Part shown: positions 9,903-18,558 of the stretch, one piece after another | Layout: each line of letters opens with the position of its first letter | Numbering within the stretch: position 1 is the stretch's first letter | Origin: Alphaproteobacteria bacterium | Lineage (GTDB): Bacteria > Pseudomonadota > Alphaproteobacteria > SMXQ01 | Direction of reading: 5' to 3' | Assembly: GCA_046297835.1 (NCBI GenBank) | Contig: JBKBHI010000008.1 | Location: 76,754-140,753 of the forward strand | DNA length: 64,000 nucleotides | Position numbers and translations under genes: made by a program | The notes under the pieces: model-generated | Database searches by the model: none | What the model was told of the DNA's origin: nothing | What the model saw: only the letters and a program-made list of their open reading frames with translations

Positions 9903-11072
9903 ATGTCCTCTCTTTCGAGCGCGAAAAGCGGCGACAGCCGCGCGCTGTTCGCCGGACTCTGCGCCAGCTTCGTCGGCGTCGGCCTCGCCCGCTTCGCCTA
10001 TACCCCGCTGATTCCGGCGCTGATCGGCGCGGCCTGGCTGACGCCGGCCGGCGCGGTCTATCTCGGCGCGACCAATTTCGCCGGCTATCTGCTGGGCGCG
10101 CTCGCCTCGCAAGCGGTCGGCCGTCGCTTCGGCATCGCGCCGGCGCTGCGCGGCGCGATGCTGCTGACCGGCGCGAGTTTTCTCGCCTGCACCTTTCCGC
10201 TCAGCGAGGCATGGCTGTCGCTCTGGCGCTTCGTCGCCGGCTTCACCGGCGCGCTGCTGATGGTGCTGGCCGCGCCCGGCATCGTCGCGCGCCTGCCCGC
10301 CGCCAAGCGCGGCTTCGCCAGCGGCGCGATCTTCACCGGCATCGGCCTCGGTGTCGCCGCCGCCGGCATCCTGCTGCCCCTGCTGCTGCAAGTCGGCCTG
10401 CGCGAGGTCTGGCTCGCCTTCGGCGCGATTGTCCTGCTGCTCGCCGGCTTGACCTGGAACGGCTGGCGGGAGGCCGCCCCGCCGAGCGCCGCCGCCGCTC
10501 ATGCCGCCCCAGCGCGCCCGCTGCGCGCGCTCTACGTCGAATATGGCCTCAACGCCTTCGGCCTGGTGCCGCATTTCGTGTTTTTCGTCGATTACATCGC
10601 GCGCGGCCTCGGCCAGGGCGTCGAGGCCGGCGCGGGCTACTGGATCGTCTTCGGCGTCGGCGCCTGCCTCGGACCGCTGCTCGGCGGCCTGCTCGCCGAC
10701 CGCATCGGCTTTCGCGACGCGCTGCGCGCCGCCTATGTTTTGCAGATCGTCGCGGTGCTGCTGCCGCTGATCGACAGCGGACCCGCCGCACTCTCCGCCT
10801 CCGCGTTCATCGCCGGCGCGGCGCTGCCCGGCGTCGTCGCCTTGACCATGGGCCGCACGCAGGAGCTGACGCCCGACGATGCGGCGCGGCGTCATGCCTG
10901 GCGCGTCTGCACCATCACCTTCGCGGTCGCTCAAGCGGCGGCCGGCTATCTGCTCGCCTTCGTCTTCGCCCGGACGGGCGATTACGCCATTCTGTTCGCG
11001 CTCGGCGGCGGCGCGTTGGCGCTGTGCCTGCTCATCGACCTCGCCGTCGTGCGCGAGAAACGTCCCCGCTAG
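9903..11072 (+). CDS. MFS transporter, YbfB/YjiJ family
   Basis: 389 aa with about 12 predicted TM helices. N-terminus GLCASFVGVGLARFAYTPLIPAL is typical of the YbfB family. Confidence 0.75.
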   Translation: MSSLSSAKSGDSRALFAGLCASFVGVGLARFAYTPLIPALIGAAWLTPAGAVYLGATNFAGYLLGALASQAVGRRFGIAPALRGAMLLTGASFLACTFPLSEAWLSLWRFVAGFTGALLMVLAAPGIVARLPAAKRGFASGAIFTGIGLGVAAAGILLPLLLQVGLREVWLAFGAIVLLLAGLTWNGWREAAPPSAAAAHAAPARPLRALYVEYGLNAFGLVPHFVFFVDYIARGLGQGVEAGAGYWIVFGVGACLGPLLGGLLADRIGFRDALRAAYVLQIVAVLLPLIDSGPAALSASAFIAGAALPGVVALTMGRTQELTPDDAARRHAWRVCTITFAVAQAAAGYLLAFVFARTGDYAILFALGGGALALCLLIDLAVVREKRPR

Positions 11073-11087
11073 CCACAGGAGCGACCC

Positions 11088-11663
11088 ATGCGGCTCTATT
11101 ACAACGTCACTTCGCCCTACACGCGCAAAGTCCGCATCCTGTTGCACGAGCTCGGGCTGTTCGACGCGACCGAGCAGATTCTCGTCGATCCCTGGGCCGA
11201 TCCGGCCGAGCTGCATCGAGCCGTGCCGGTCGGCCGCGTGCCGGCGCTCGTCGCCGACGACGGCCTGACCTTGAGCGAAAGCACGACGATCTGCGACTAT
11301 CTCGACGCGCTCAAGGGCGGGGCGTTCGCCGGAGCGGATCGCTGGCGCACGATGGCGCGCGTCGCCGTGGCGCAAGGCATTATCGACGCCTCGTTCGCCA
11401 TCGCCGTCGAAGGCCGCCGCCCGGAAGCGCAACGCTCGCCCGAGACTATCGCGCGCCACAAGCGCGCCATCGGCCGCATTCTGACAGCCGCCGAAACGAA
11501 GCCCGGCCGCTTCGATCTCGGTGACATCAGCCTCGCCGCCGCGCTCGGCTACCTCGATTTGCGCGTCAAAGACGTCGATTGGCGCGCGGCGCGGCCCGAT
11601 CTCGCGGCCTGGTTCGCCGAAATCGAAAAGCGCCCTTCCATGCAAGCCACCAAGCCGGCCTGA
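11088..11663 (+). CDS. Glutathione S-transferase
   Basis: 191 aa. GST N-terminal thioredoxin-like motif (MRLYYNVTSPYTRKVRILLHELGL...VPALV). AGGAG-like RBS. Confidence 0.8.
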   Translation: MRLYYNVTSPYTRKVRILLHELGLFDATEQILVDPWADPAELHRAVPVGRVPALVADDGLTLSESTTICDYLDALKGGAFAGADRWRTMARVAVAQGIIDASFAIAVEGRRPEAQRSPETIARHKRAIGRILTAAETKPGRFDLGDISLAAALGYLDLRVKDVDWRAARPDLAAWFAEIEKRPSMQATKPA

Positions 11664-11672
11664 TCCGGACGC

Positions 11673-11706
11673 AAAAAAGCCCGCCTCTTTCGAGGCGGGC
11701 TTTCTC
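11673..11706. terminator. Bidirectional rho-independent terminator between convergent GST and TctC genes
   Basis: AAAAAA-GCCCGCCTC-tttc-GAGGCGGGC-TTTCT. 9-bp GC stem with flanking A and T tracts. Confidence 0.6.
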
Positions 11707-11728
11707 CTCAGGCCGCGCTTGATCGCGC

Positions 11729-12751
11729 TTATTTCATCGCGGCGGCGACCTTGTCGATCACCGCTTTCGGCGTGTCGTAGACCGTGGCGTAAAGCTCCGC
11801 CACCTCGGCGCCGCTCATCGGCCCCTGCGGGTCGAGACCGCGCTTCTGCGCGTCGGCGATATATTCCTTGTCGGCCGTCATCTTCACGAACGCGTCGCGC
11901 AGCGCCTTCACGCGATCGGCAGGCAGGCCCGGCGGGGCCGCGATCGGCCGGCCCGCTTCCGACGGCGCGAAGATGAAGGTCATCGCCTGCTTCTGCTCCG
12001 GCGTTTTGGCGATCTCGAAGGCGGTCGGCACGTTCGGATATTCCGGATGGCGCTTCAACGAGGCCTGCAGCAGGATGATCAGCTTTTTGTCAGCCAGCAG
12101 CTTCGGCACCGCCGTCGCCATCGAATCGACGGACGCGAAGCGGCCGTGCGCCTCGCCGCGCTCGATGGCGAGGAAGGTCTCGCGGCTGCCCTGATAGCCG
12201 GTGATGAGCTTGAACTTCGTGCCCATCACGGCATTGAGCACCTTCGGATAGATGTCGGTGGTCGCCGCCGCGCCGGTGCCAGCGACGACGGTTTCCTTGG
12301 CGAACAGGTCCTCGACGGTCTTGGTCGGCGCTTCGTGCCACATGGCGAGCACCGAATGGGTGTTGCCGAGGCTGCCGATCCAGTTGAACTTCGTCGCCTC
12401 GAACTTGGCGTTGCCGCCCGGATTGAGCAGCGGATCGACCGCGACCGGGCCGACATAAGCGATCACCGTGCCGTCTTTCGGCGCGACGTTGTAGAGATAA
12501 TTGCCGGCGACGAGGCCGCCGCCGCCCGGCATGTTCTGCGCCACGATGTTCGGATTGCCCGGCACGAACTTGCCGTAATGCTGCGCCATAGTGCGCGCCG
12601 AGGTGTCGAAGCCGCCGCCCGGCGTGCCGGCAATCAGGATCGTGATCGACTTGCCTTTATAGAAATCCTCGACCGACTGGGCGGTCGCGGCGGGAGCGGC
12701 GAGCAACAGCGCGCCGGCGACGCCGAGCGTCGCGTGGAGAATGCGGGACAT
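11729..12751 (-). CDS. Tripartite tricarboxylate transporter substrate-binding protein (TctC/Bug family)
   Basis: Start reassigned to MSRILHATLGVAGALLLAAPAATAQS (signal peptide), with AGGAGG RBS, inside ORF 11729..12847. Bug-family motifs present (GGGFDT, MPGGGG). Confidence 0.85.
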   Translation of the reverse strand: MSRILHATLGVAGALLLAAPAATAQSVEDFYKGKSITILIAGTPGGGFDTSARTMAQHYGKFVPGNPNIVAQNMPGGGGLVAGNYLYNVAPKDGTVIAYVGPVAVDPLLNPGGNAKFEATKFNWIGSLGNTHSVLAMWHEAPTKTVEDLFAKETVVAGTGAAATTDIYPKVLNAVMGTKFKLITGYQGSRETFLAIERGEAHGRFASVDSMATAVPKLLADKKLIILLQASLKRHPEYPNVPTAFEIAKTPEQKQAMTFIFAPSEAGRPIAAPPGLPADRVKALRDAFVKMTADKEYIADAQKRGLDPQGPMSGAEVAELYATVYDTPKAVIDKVAAAMK

Positions 12752-12906
12752 ATATAGCCTCCTGAGGTTTCGCCGGGACGGCGTTATTCTCGTTGCCGCT
12801 ATTGATAACCGCTCGTCGCCGCAGCGCAAGCCGCGACTGTCCACCAAACCAGCGATAAATTGATTAGCCAGGCTTCACAGTTCGGCCGCCGTCGCCCCGA
12901 ATCCCG

Positions 12907-13953
12907 TCAAATCCGGGGCCGTTCCTCGTAAAAGGCCAGCTTTTTCTGCAGCGGCGCGTCGTCGATGCGGATCATTCGGGCCGGAGCCGCGCCGCCCGCC
13001 GCATGGGTCAATTGCGCGAAGACCGGCGTGGAAAACGTGTCGCCCGCCTTCCAGGCGAAGCGCTCGCCGTTCACGGTCGAGACGCCCTCGCCCTCGACGC
13101 AATGGAATACGGCGCTCGCCGAGCGCAGCGGCGGCTGCGCCGTCTCGCCCGGACGCAGCAGCATGGCGGTGAAGCCGAGCGTGGGCAGGCAGCTCTCGCC
13201 GGTCTCGGGATTGACATAGGCCAGTTCGACGGCTTCGCCCGGCGCAGCCTGCGCCGCCAGCCGGTCGAGCGCCGCGCGCGTGCGCACCCAGGGATAGCGC
13301 ATCAGCGGATAGGCCGGCTTCGGCGCGCCGTGCGCGCGCGGCGGCAGCAGGCCTGCTTCGCTATATTCGACCTGCGAAGCATCGGGCCGGTTGCGCGGCG
13401 CCTGAAGCTTGCCCTCGACGGCGTAAGAGCCTTCGAGATAGACGAACAGCGGCAGATCGAGCGCGTCGAGCCAGATCACCGGGTCCTTGCCGTCATGGCC
13501 GTGATCGTGCCGCTGGCCGCCCGGCGTCAGGATCAGATCGCCACGCGACATCGGGCATTTCTCGCCCTCGACGATGGTGTAAGCGCCCTCGCCCTCGACG
13601 ATGATGCGCGCCGCGCTCGGCGTGTGCTTGTGCGACGGCGCCGTTTCGCCGGGCAACAGCAATTGCAGACCGCAATAGATCACCGAGGTCGCCTGCATCG
13701 CCCCGACGCCGCGACCGGGGTCGGATAGCACCAGCACGCGGCGCTCGGCCTTCTCGATCGGCGTCAGCTCGCCGGCGCGCAGCAGCAGCGGCCGGATCCG
13801 GTCGATGGCCCACAGGCAAGGCTTGGTGACGGGGCGCGGCGCGTCGTGCGGCAGCACGTTGCGCATCATCGGCCAGAGCGGCGCGACGTTCGCCTTGCTC
13901 ATCGCCTCGCGGTAATCGGCGGGCAAGCTTTCGAGGGTTCCCAGTTCGGCCAC
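12907..13953 (-). CDS. Bicupin dioxygenase, gentisate 1,2-dioxygenase-like
   Basis: 348 aa. Two cupin modules with His-rich metal motifs (SHKHTPSAARIIVEGEG; a second cupin with AVFHCVEGEG). Confidence 0.65.
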   Translation of the reverse strand: MAELGTLESLPADYREAMSKANVAPLWPMMRNVLPHDAPRPVTKPCLWAIDRIRPLLLRAGELTPIEKAERRVLVLSDPGRGVGAMQATSVIYCGLQLLLPGETAPSHKHTPSAARIIVEGEGAYTIVEGEKCPMSRGDLILTPGGQRHDHGHDGKDPVIWLDALDLPLFVYLEGSYAVEGKLQAPRNRPDASQVEYSEAGLLPPRAHGAPKPAYPLMRYPWVRTRAALDRLAAQAAPGEAVELAYVNPETGESCLPTLGFTAMLLRPGETAQPPLRSASAVFHCVEGEGVSTVNGERFAWKAGDTFSTPVFAQLTHAAGGAAPARMIRIDDAPLQKKLAFYEERPRI

Positions 13954-14086
13954 GGGCTTTCTCCTATTTTCTTATATGGCGAGAATAGCATCGGCCCGCC
14001 GCCGTGGGAATTGTCGGGTTCGTCCGGCGTTATCCCCATGCTCGGCTTCATGCGCCCAGCTTCAAGCATTCGCCAGGGAGACGTCC

Positions 14087-14980
14087 ATGCCCCGCCCGGT
14101 TTGGGAAGGCCATCTGCAGCTCTCGCTCGTGTCCTGTCCGGTCGCGCTTTACAACGCGACCACGACGAGCAACGACATCTCTTTTCACTGGCTGCACAAG
14201 AAGACCAACAACCGCATCCGCATGCTGCCGCACGACCCGGAGCTCGGCGAAGTCGAGCGCAAAGATCTGGTGCGCGGCTTCGAGCTGACGAAAAACAAAT
14301 ATGTCGTCGTCTCGCCCAAGGAGATCGAGGAGGCCCGCCTGCCGGCGACCAAGACCATCGACATCGAGGAATTCGTCGATGCCGCCGATATCGACCGGCT
14401 TTATTGGAACCACCCCTATTATCTCGTGCCGAGCGGCAAGACGGGGCTCGACGCTTACGCCGTCATCCGCGAGGCGATGGACAAAAGCCATAAGATCGCC
14501 CTCGGCCGCCTGGTGATGCACCAGCGCGAGCGTATCGTCGCCATGGAGCCGCGCGGCAACGGCCTGTTGCTCACGACGCTGCGCAGCCACGACGAAATCG
14601 TCGCCGAAAAGGATTTCTTCCGCGACATCAAGGCGAAGCGCGTGGATGCCAAGATGCTGGCGATCGCCGAAAAAATCATCGAGCAGCAAGAAGCCGCTTT
14701 CGCGCCCGACAAATTCAAAGACCGCTACGAGGACGCCTTGCGCGCGCTCATCAAGCGAAAGAGCAAGGGCCAGAAGATCGTCGCGCCCCCGCCGGAGGCC
14801 GAGGACGAGGAGAAGGTCGTCGATCTCATGGAGGCGCTGAAGAAAAGCCTCGCCGGCAAAGGCGACAGCCAGAAGCGCGCCGCCCGTTTCCTGGACGCGC
14901 AGAGCAAGAAAGCGCCCGCGAAAAAAGCCCGCAAAGCCTCGACGAAGCGCAAGCCGGCGGCCAAGCGCAAAAGCGCTTAG
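14087..14980 (+). CDS. ku: Non-homologous end joining protein Ku
   Basis: Start MPRPVWEGHLQLSLVSCPVALY with AGGGAG RBS, inside ORF 13976..14980. Ku core plus lysine-rich C-terminal tail. Confidence 0.9.
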   Translation: MPRPVWEGHLQLSLVSCPVALYNATTTSNDISFHWLHKKTNNRIRMLPHDPELGEVERKDLVRGFELTKNKYVVVSPKEIEEARLPATKTIDIEEFVDAADIDRLYWNHPYYLVPSGKTGLDAYAVIREAMDKSHKIALGRLVMHQRERIVAMEPRGNGLLLTTLRSHDEIVAEKDFFRDIKAKRVDAKMLAIAEKIIEQQEAAFAPDKFKDRYEDALRALIKRKSKGQKIVAPPPEAEDEEKVVDLMEALKKSLAGKGDSQKRAARFLDAQSKKAPAKKARKASTKRKPAAKRKSA

Positions 14981-14981
14981 C

Positions 14982-17429
14982 TCAGGCTTTGAACTTCAGC
15001 GGCTTGCGGTCTTTCTCGAAATCGCGCCACGGATCGCTCGCCTTGCGCGCCGCAGCCAGGTCCTTCACCGAGAAGACCGGCATCTTGCGCGCCGTCTCCA
15101 GCAAGCTCCAAGCCACCGGCAGGGAAATCGGCGCGCCCGCCCGGGCGCGCGGCGACCATGGCACGATCGCCGTCGCCCCGCGCCCGTTGCGCAGATAATC
15201 GAGAAAGATTTTTCCCCTGCGCTTGGCCTTGGCCGCCACGGCGACGAAGCGCGCCGGATCGGCGTCCGTCAGCGCGTCGACGAACCGCTTGGCGAAGCCT
15301 TTGACCTGGTCCCAGCCGGCCGAGGGCGTCAGCGGCACGACGACATGCAAGCCTTTGCCGCCGGTCAGCTTGAGATAAGGCGCGAACCCGAGATCGGCCA
15401 GATGCTCGCGCACCTCCAGCGTCGCGCGCTTGAGATCGGCGAAGGACACCGCCGGATCGGGATCGAGGTCGATGACGATCTGATCCGGCCGCTCGATATC
15501 GCCGGCCATCGCGCCCCAGACATGAATCTCCGCCGTGCCGAGCTGGGCCAGCGCTTCCAGCCCTTCGGCGCGGTTGACCATGAGGTAGGGCCGCCGCTCC
15601 TTCGATAGCGCGACCTCCTCGATCAGCGCCGACATGCCTTTCATGCGATGGCGCTGGAAAATTTGCTGCGCCCCGATGCCGTCCGGCACCCGCAAGATCG
15701 AGATCGGCCGGCCGCCGACGAACCGCATCATCTCCGCGCCGACCGCGCGGAAATAGGCGGCGAGATCGGCTTTGGTGACGCCGGCCTTGTCGCCCTTCTC
15801 CGCCGGCCACAACTTCTTGTCGGGATTGGTCAGTTTGACCGCGCTCGCGCCGGCGGGCTCCGGAGCCGCGCGGTCTTGCGCGACATCCTTCGCCGCCTTG
15901 TCGTCGCGCAATCCCTTGAACGACGCCTGACGCAAGATGCCTTCGGCCGTCCAGCCGGCATATTCGACCTCGGCCACCAATTGAGGCTTGAGCCAGATGA
16001 GGCCTTTCAGGCTGGCCGGCTGCTTGCCGTCGAACGGCGACGCGGCGCGCTTGAGCGGCTTGAACGCCTTGAGCAGTTCCGCCGCGACGCGCTGGTTGTA
16101 ACCGGAGCCGACGCGGCCCTTGTAGGCGAATGCGTCGCCGTCGGGCAGGCCGACCAGCACCGCGCCGACGCCCTTGCCGCTCGATCCCGGCCAATAGCCA
16201 CCGATGACGAATTCCTCGCGGCCGCGGCATTTGGTCTTCAGCCAGTCGAGCGTGCGCCCGGAGCGATAAGCGGCCTCGGCGCGCTTCGACACGACGCCCT
16301 CGAAGGCCATGCGGCAGGCCGACTTCAGCACCGCATCGCCCGCGGCGTCGAAATGCGCGACATAGCGGATGCGGTCGGGCGCGTCGGCGAGCAATCGTTC
16401 AAGCCGCGCCTTGCGTTCGGTCAGCGGCGTCTCGCGCAGATCCTCGCCCTCCTCCGCCAGCAGATCGAAGGCGTAATAGACGAGCTTGCCGGTCTTCTCC
16501 TCGCTCAAGGCCGCTTGCAGAGCCGAGAAATCCGTCTCGCCCTTGGCGTTCAGCGCCACCGCTTCGCCATCGAGAATGCAATCGAGCAAGCCGGCGCAAT
16601 CCTCGGCGATCTCGGGAAAGCGCGCCGTCCAGTCGAGGCCGCTGCGCGAGAAGCAGGTCGCTGCGCCGCCGCGCACCTGGACCTGGATGCGATAGCCGTC
16701 GAACTTGACCTCGTGCAGCCAGTCGCCGCCGCCCGGCGGATGCGCGGCGAGCGTGGCGAGAGCGGGCTTGATGAAGGCGGCTTTGCCGGACAGGCGCTTC
16801 GGTTTCTTCGCTCGGGCTCGCTTGGCGGTTTTCGGCTGAGCGCTCTTGGCGTTCTTGCCGGCCGCGATCTCCGCCATGCGCCGGCCGCTCTTGACCGATT
16901 CGTCGATCTCGGCGATCTCCGCCGCCTTGCCCTTTTTCGCGTAAGCGTCGCGATGCTTGATGAGCAGCCAGTTGTCGCGCGTCTCCTTGCCGCGCCGCCG
17001 CATCCGCACCAGCGCCCAACTGCCTTTCATATGCGCGCCATGAAGGGTGAATTTCAGATCGCCCTTCTTCAAGGCGTCGCGCGGCTTGAGGTCGCCCTCA
17101 TAGTCGAGCCGGCCGCGATCCCACAATTGCACCGTGCCGCCGCCGTATTGGCCTTCGGGGATGGTCCCTTCAAAGCCGCCATATTCGATCGGATGATCTT
17201 CGACTTCGACGGCGAGGCGCTTTTCCGCCGGATCGAGGCTCGGCCCTTTGGGCACCGCCCACGACTTCAAAACGCCGTCCATCTCCAGCCGCAGATCGAA
17301 ATGGAGCCGGCTGGCGTCATGCTTGTGCACCACGAAGCGCGCGCCGGCCGCTTTGCCGCGCCGCGCGCTGCCGGCGGGCTCCTGCGTCCGAGCGAAATCG
17401 CGTTTCGCGCGATAGGTCTTGAGCGCCAT
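14982..17429 (-). CDS. ligD: Multidomain ATP-dependent DNA ligase D (phosphoesterase-ligase-polymerase)
   Basis: 815 aa. 3'-phosphoesterase N-terminal domain (MALKTYRAKRDF...HFDLRLE), ligase KxDG motif (EGVVSKR region), primase-polymerase C-terminal domain. Convergent with ku, 1 bp apart. Confidence 0.9.
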   Translation of the reverse strand: MALKTYRAKRDFARTQEPAGSARRGKAAGARFVVHKHDASRLHFDLRLEMDGVLKSWAVPKGPSLDPAEKRLAVEVEDHPIEYGGFEGTIPEGQYGGGTVQLWDRGRLDYEGDLKPRDALKKGDLKFTLHGAHMKGSWALVRMRRRGKETRDNWLLIKHRDAYAKKGKAAEIAEIDESVKSGRRMAEIAAGKNAKSAQPKTAKRARAKKPKRLSGKAAFIKPALATLAAHPPGGGDWLHEVKFDGYRIQVQVRGGAATCFSRSGLDWTARFPEIAEDCAGLLDCILDGEAVALNAKGETDFSALQAALSEEKTGKLVYYAFDLLAEEGEDLRETPLTERKARLERLLADAPDRIRYVAHFDAAGDAVLKSACRMAFEGVVSKRAEAAYRSGRTLDWLKTKCRGREEFVIGGYWPGSSGKGVGAVLVGLPDGDAFAYKGRVGSGYNQRVAAELLKAFKPLKRAASPFDGKQPASLKGLIWLKPQLVAEVEYAGWTAEGILRQASFKGLRDDKAAKDVAQDRAAPEPAGASAVKLTNPDKKLWPAEKGDKAGVTKADLAAYFRAVGAEMMRFVGGRPISILRVPDGIGAQQIFQRHRMKGMSALIEEVALSKERRPYLMVNRAEGLEALAQLGTAEIHVWGAMAGDIERPDQIVIDLDPDPAVSFADLKRATLEVREHLADLGFAPYLKLTGGKGLHVVVPLTPSAGWDQVKGFAKRFVDALTDADPARFVAVAAKAKRRGKIFLDYLRNGRGATAIVPWSPRARAGAPISLPVAWSLLETARKMPVFSVKDLAAARKASDPWRDFEKDRKPLKFKA

Positions 17430-17438
17430 GGGTCCAGC

Positions 17439-18293
17439 TTAACCGAAATGCTCCCCGCCGTTCACGTGGATCACTTGCCCCGTGATGAAGCGGGCATCGT
17501 CGGAGGCGAGGAACACGAAGGCCGGCGCGATCTCGTCGGCCGTCGCCGCGCGGCCCATCGGATTGTCGGCGCCGAACTTGGCCACGTCCTCGGCGTCGAA
17601 CGACGCGGGAATGAGCGGCGTCCAGACCGGTCCCGGCGCGACGGCATTGACGCGCACGCCCTGCTTGACGAGCGATTTCGCCAGCGCGCGGGTAAAAGCG
17701 ACAATGGCTCCCTTGGTCGAAGAATAGTCGATCAGCTTGGGATTGCCCTGAAAGGCCGTGATCGAGGCGGTGTTGACGATGCAGCCGTTGTCGCGCAGAT
17801 GCGGCAGCGCCGCCTGAGTCACATGGAACATGGAGAGGATGTTCGTCTGGAACGTGCGCACGAGATTCTCCGGCGTGATGTCGAGAAAGTCCTCCTCGGG
17901 AAACTGCACGGCGGCGTTGTTGACGATGATGTCCAACCCGCCGAACGCCTTGGCCGCCTTCTCCGCCGCCATGCGGCAGAAATCGCGGCTCTGCAGATCG
18001 CCCTGCACGAGCAGCGCCTGCCCGCCCGCCTGTTCGATGAGTTTCTGCGTGTCTTTCGCGTCCTTGCTCTCTTCGAGATAGATCACGCAGACATCCGCGC
18101 CTTCCTTGGCGAAGGCGATGGCCGTGGCGCGGCCGATGCCGCTGTCGCCGCCGGTGATGAGCGCCGCCTTGCCGGTGAGCTTGCCGCTGCCCTTGTAGGC
18201 GGCCGCGCTGTCGCTCGGCGGCGGCGACATGTCGTCGCGCGTTCCCGGCTGATGGTCCTGATGCTGCGGCTCGCGCTGCTTGGTGTCGGCCAT
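17439..18293 (-). CDS. SDR family oxidoreductase (YghA/general stress protein 39-like)
   Basis: 284 aa. TGGDSGIGRATA cofactor motif. NAA and YxxxK catalytic region. Confidence 0.8.
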   Translation of the reverse strand: MADTKQREPQHQDHQPGTRDDMSPPPSDSAAAYKGSGKLTGKAALITGGDSGIGRATAIAFAKEGADVCVIYLEESKDAKDTQKLIEQAGGQALLVQGDLQSRDFCRMAAEKAAKAFGGLDIIVNNAAVQFPEEDFLDITPENLVRTFQTNILSMFHVTQAALPHLRDNGCIVNTASITAFQGNPKLIDYSSTKGAIVAFTRALAKSLVKQGVRVNAVAPGPVWTPLIPASFDAEDVAKFGADNPMGRAATADEIAPAFVFLASDDARFITGQVIHVNGGEHFG

Positions 18294-18374
18294 GGCGGAT
18301 CTCCTCTTTCTAAAAAGAAAGAACAGATCGGCCGTTCATTCGTTCCTGGAAGACACACTTCATAAGGAGCAGCC

Positions 18375-18554
18375 ATGCAGCCCGACACCCCGCAGCCGGA
18401 ACCCTCGATCCCGCCGCCCGAGCGCGCGCCGCCGCTCAACCCAGAGCCGCCGGCGCAAGAGCCGCCGCCGGAAACGCCGCCGCTGGACATTCCGACGGAA
18501 CTGCCGCCGGCCGATCCCAGCCCGCAGCCGCAGCGCGTGCCGCCGCAAGCCTGA
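18375..18554 (+). CDS. Proline-rich small protein (59 aa; not in ORF track)
   Basis: AAGGAG RBS 6 nt upstream of the ATG. Translation MQPDTPQPEPSIPPPERAPPLNPEPPAQEPPPETPPLDIPTELPPADPSPQPQRVPPQA. High-GC frame bias could also create this ORF. Confidence 0.3.
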   Translation: MQPDTPQPEPSIPPPERAPPLNPEPPAQEPPPETPPLDIPTELPPADPSPQPQRVPPQA

Positions 18555-18558
18555 ACGG

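Noticed and set aside
9837-11645. Very long ORFs on the opposite strand or in alternative frames. Examples: 9837..11645 (602 aa), 6541..8532, 15648..18365, 18083..20149, 28650..30740, 34680..37295, 59024..61540. All are Arg/Ala/Gly/Pro-rich.
   Set aside because: Typical high-GC stop-codon-poor artefacts. Low-complexity R/A/G/P composition, no domain signatures, and each overlaps a well-supported gene in another frame.
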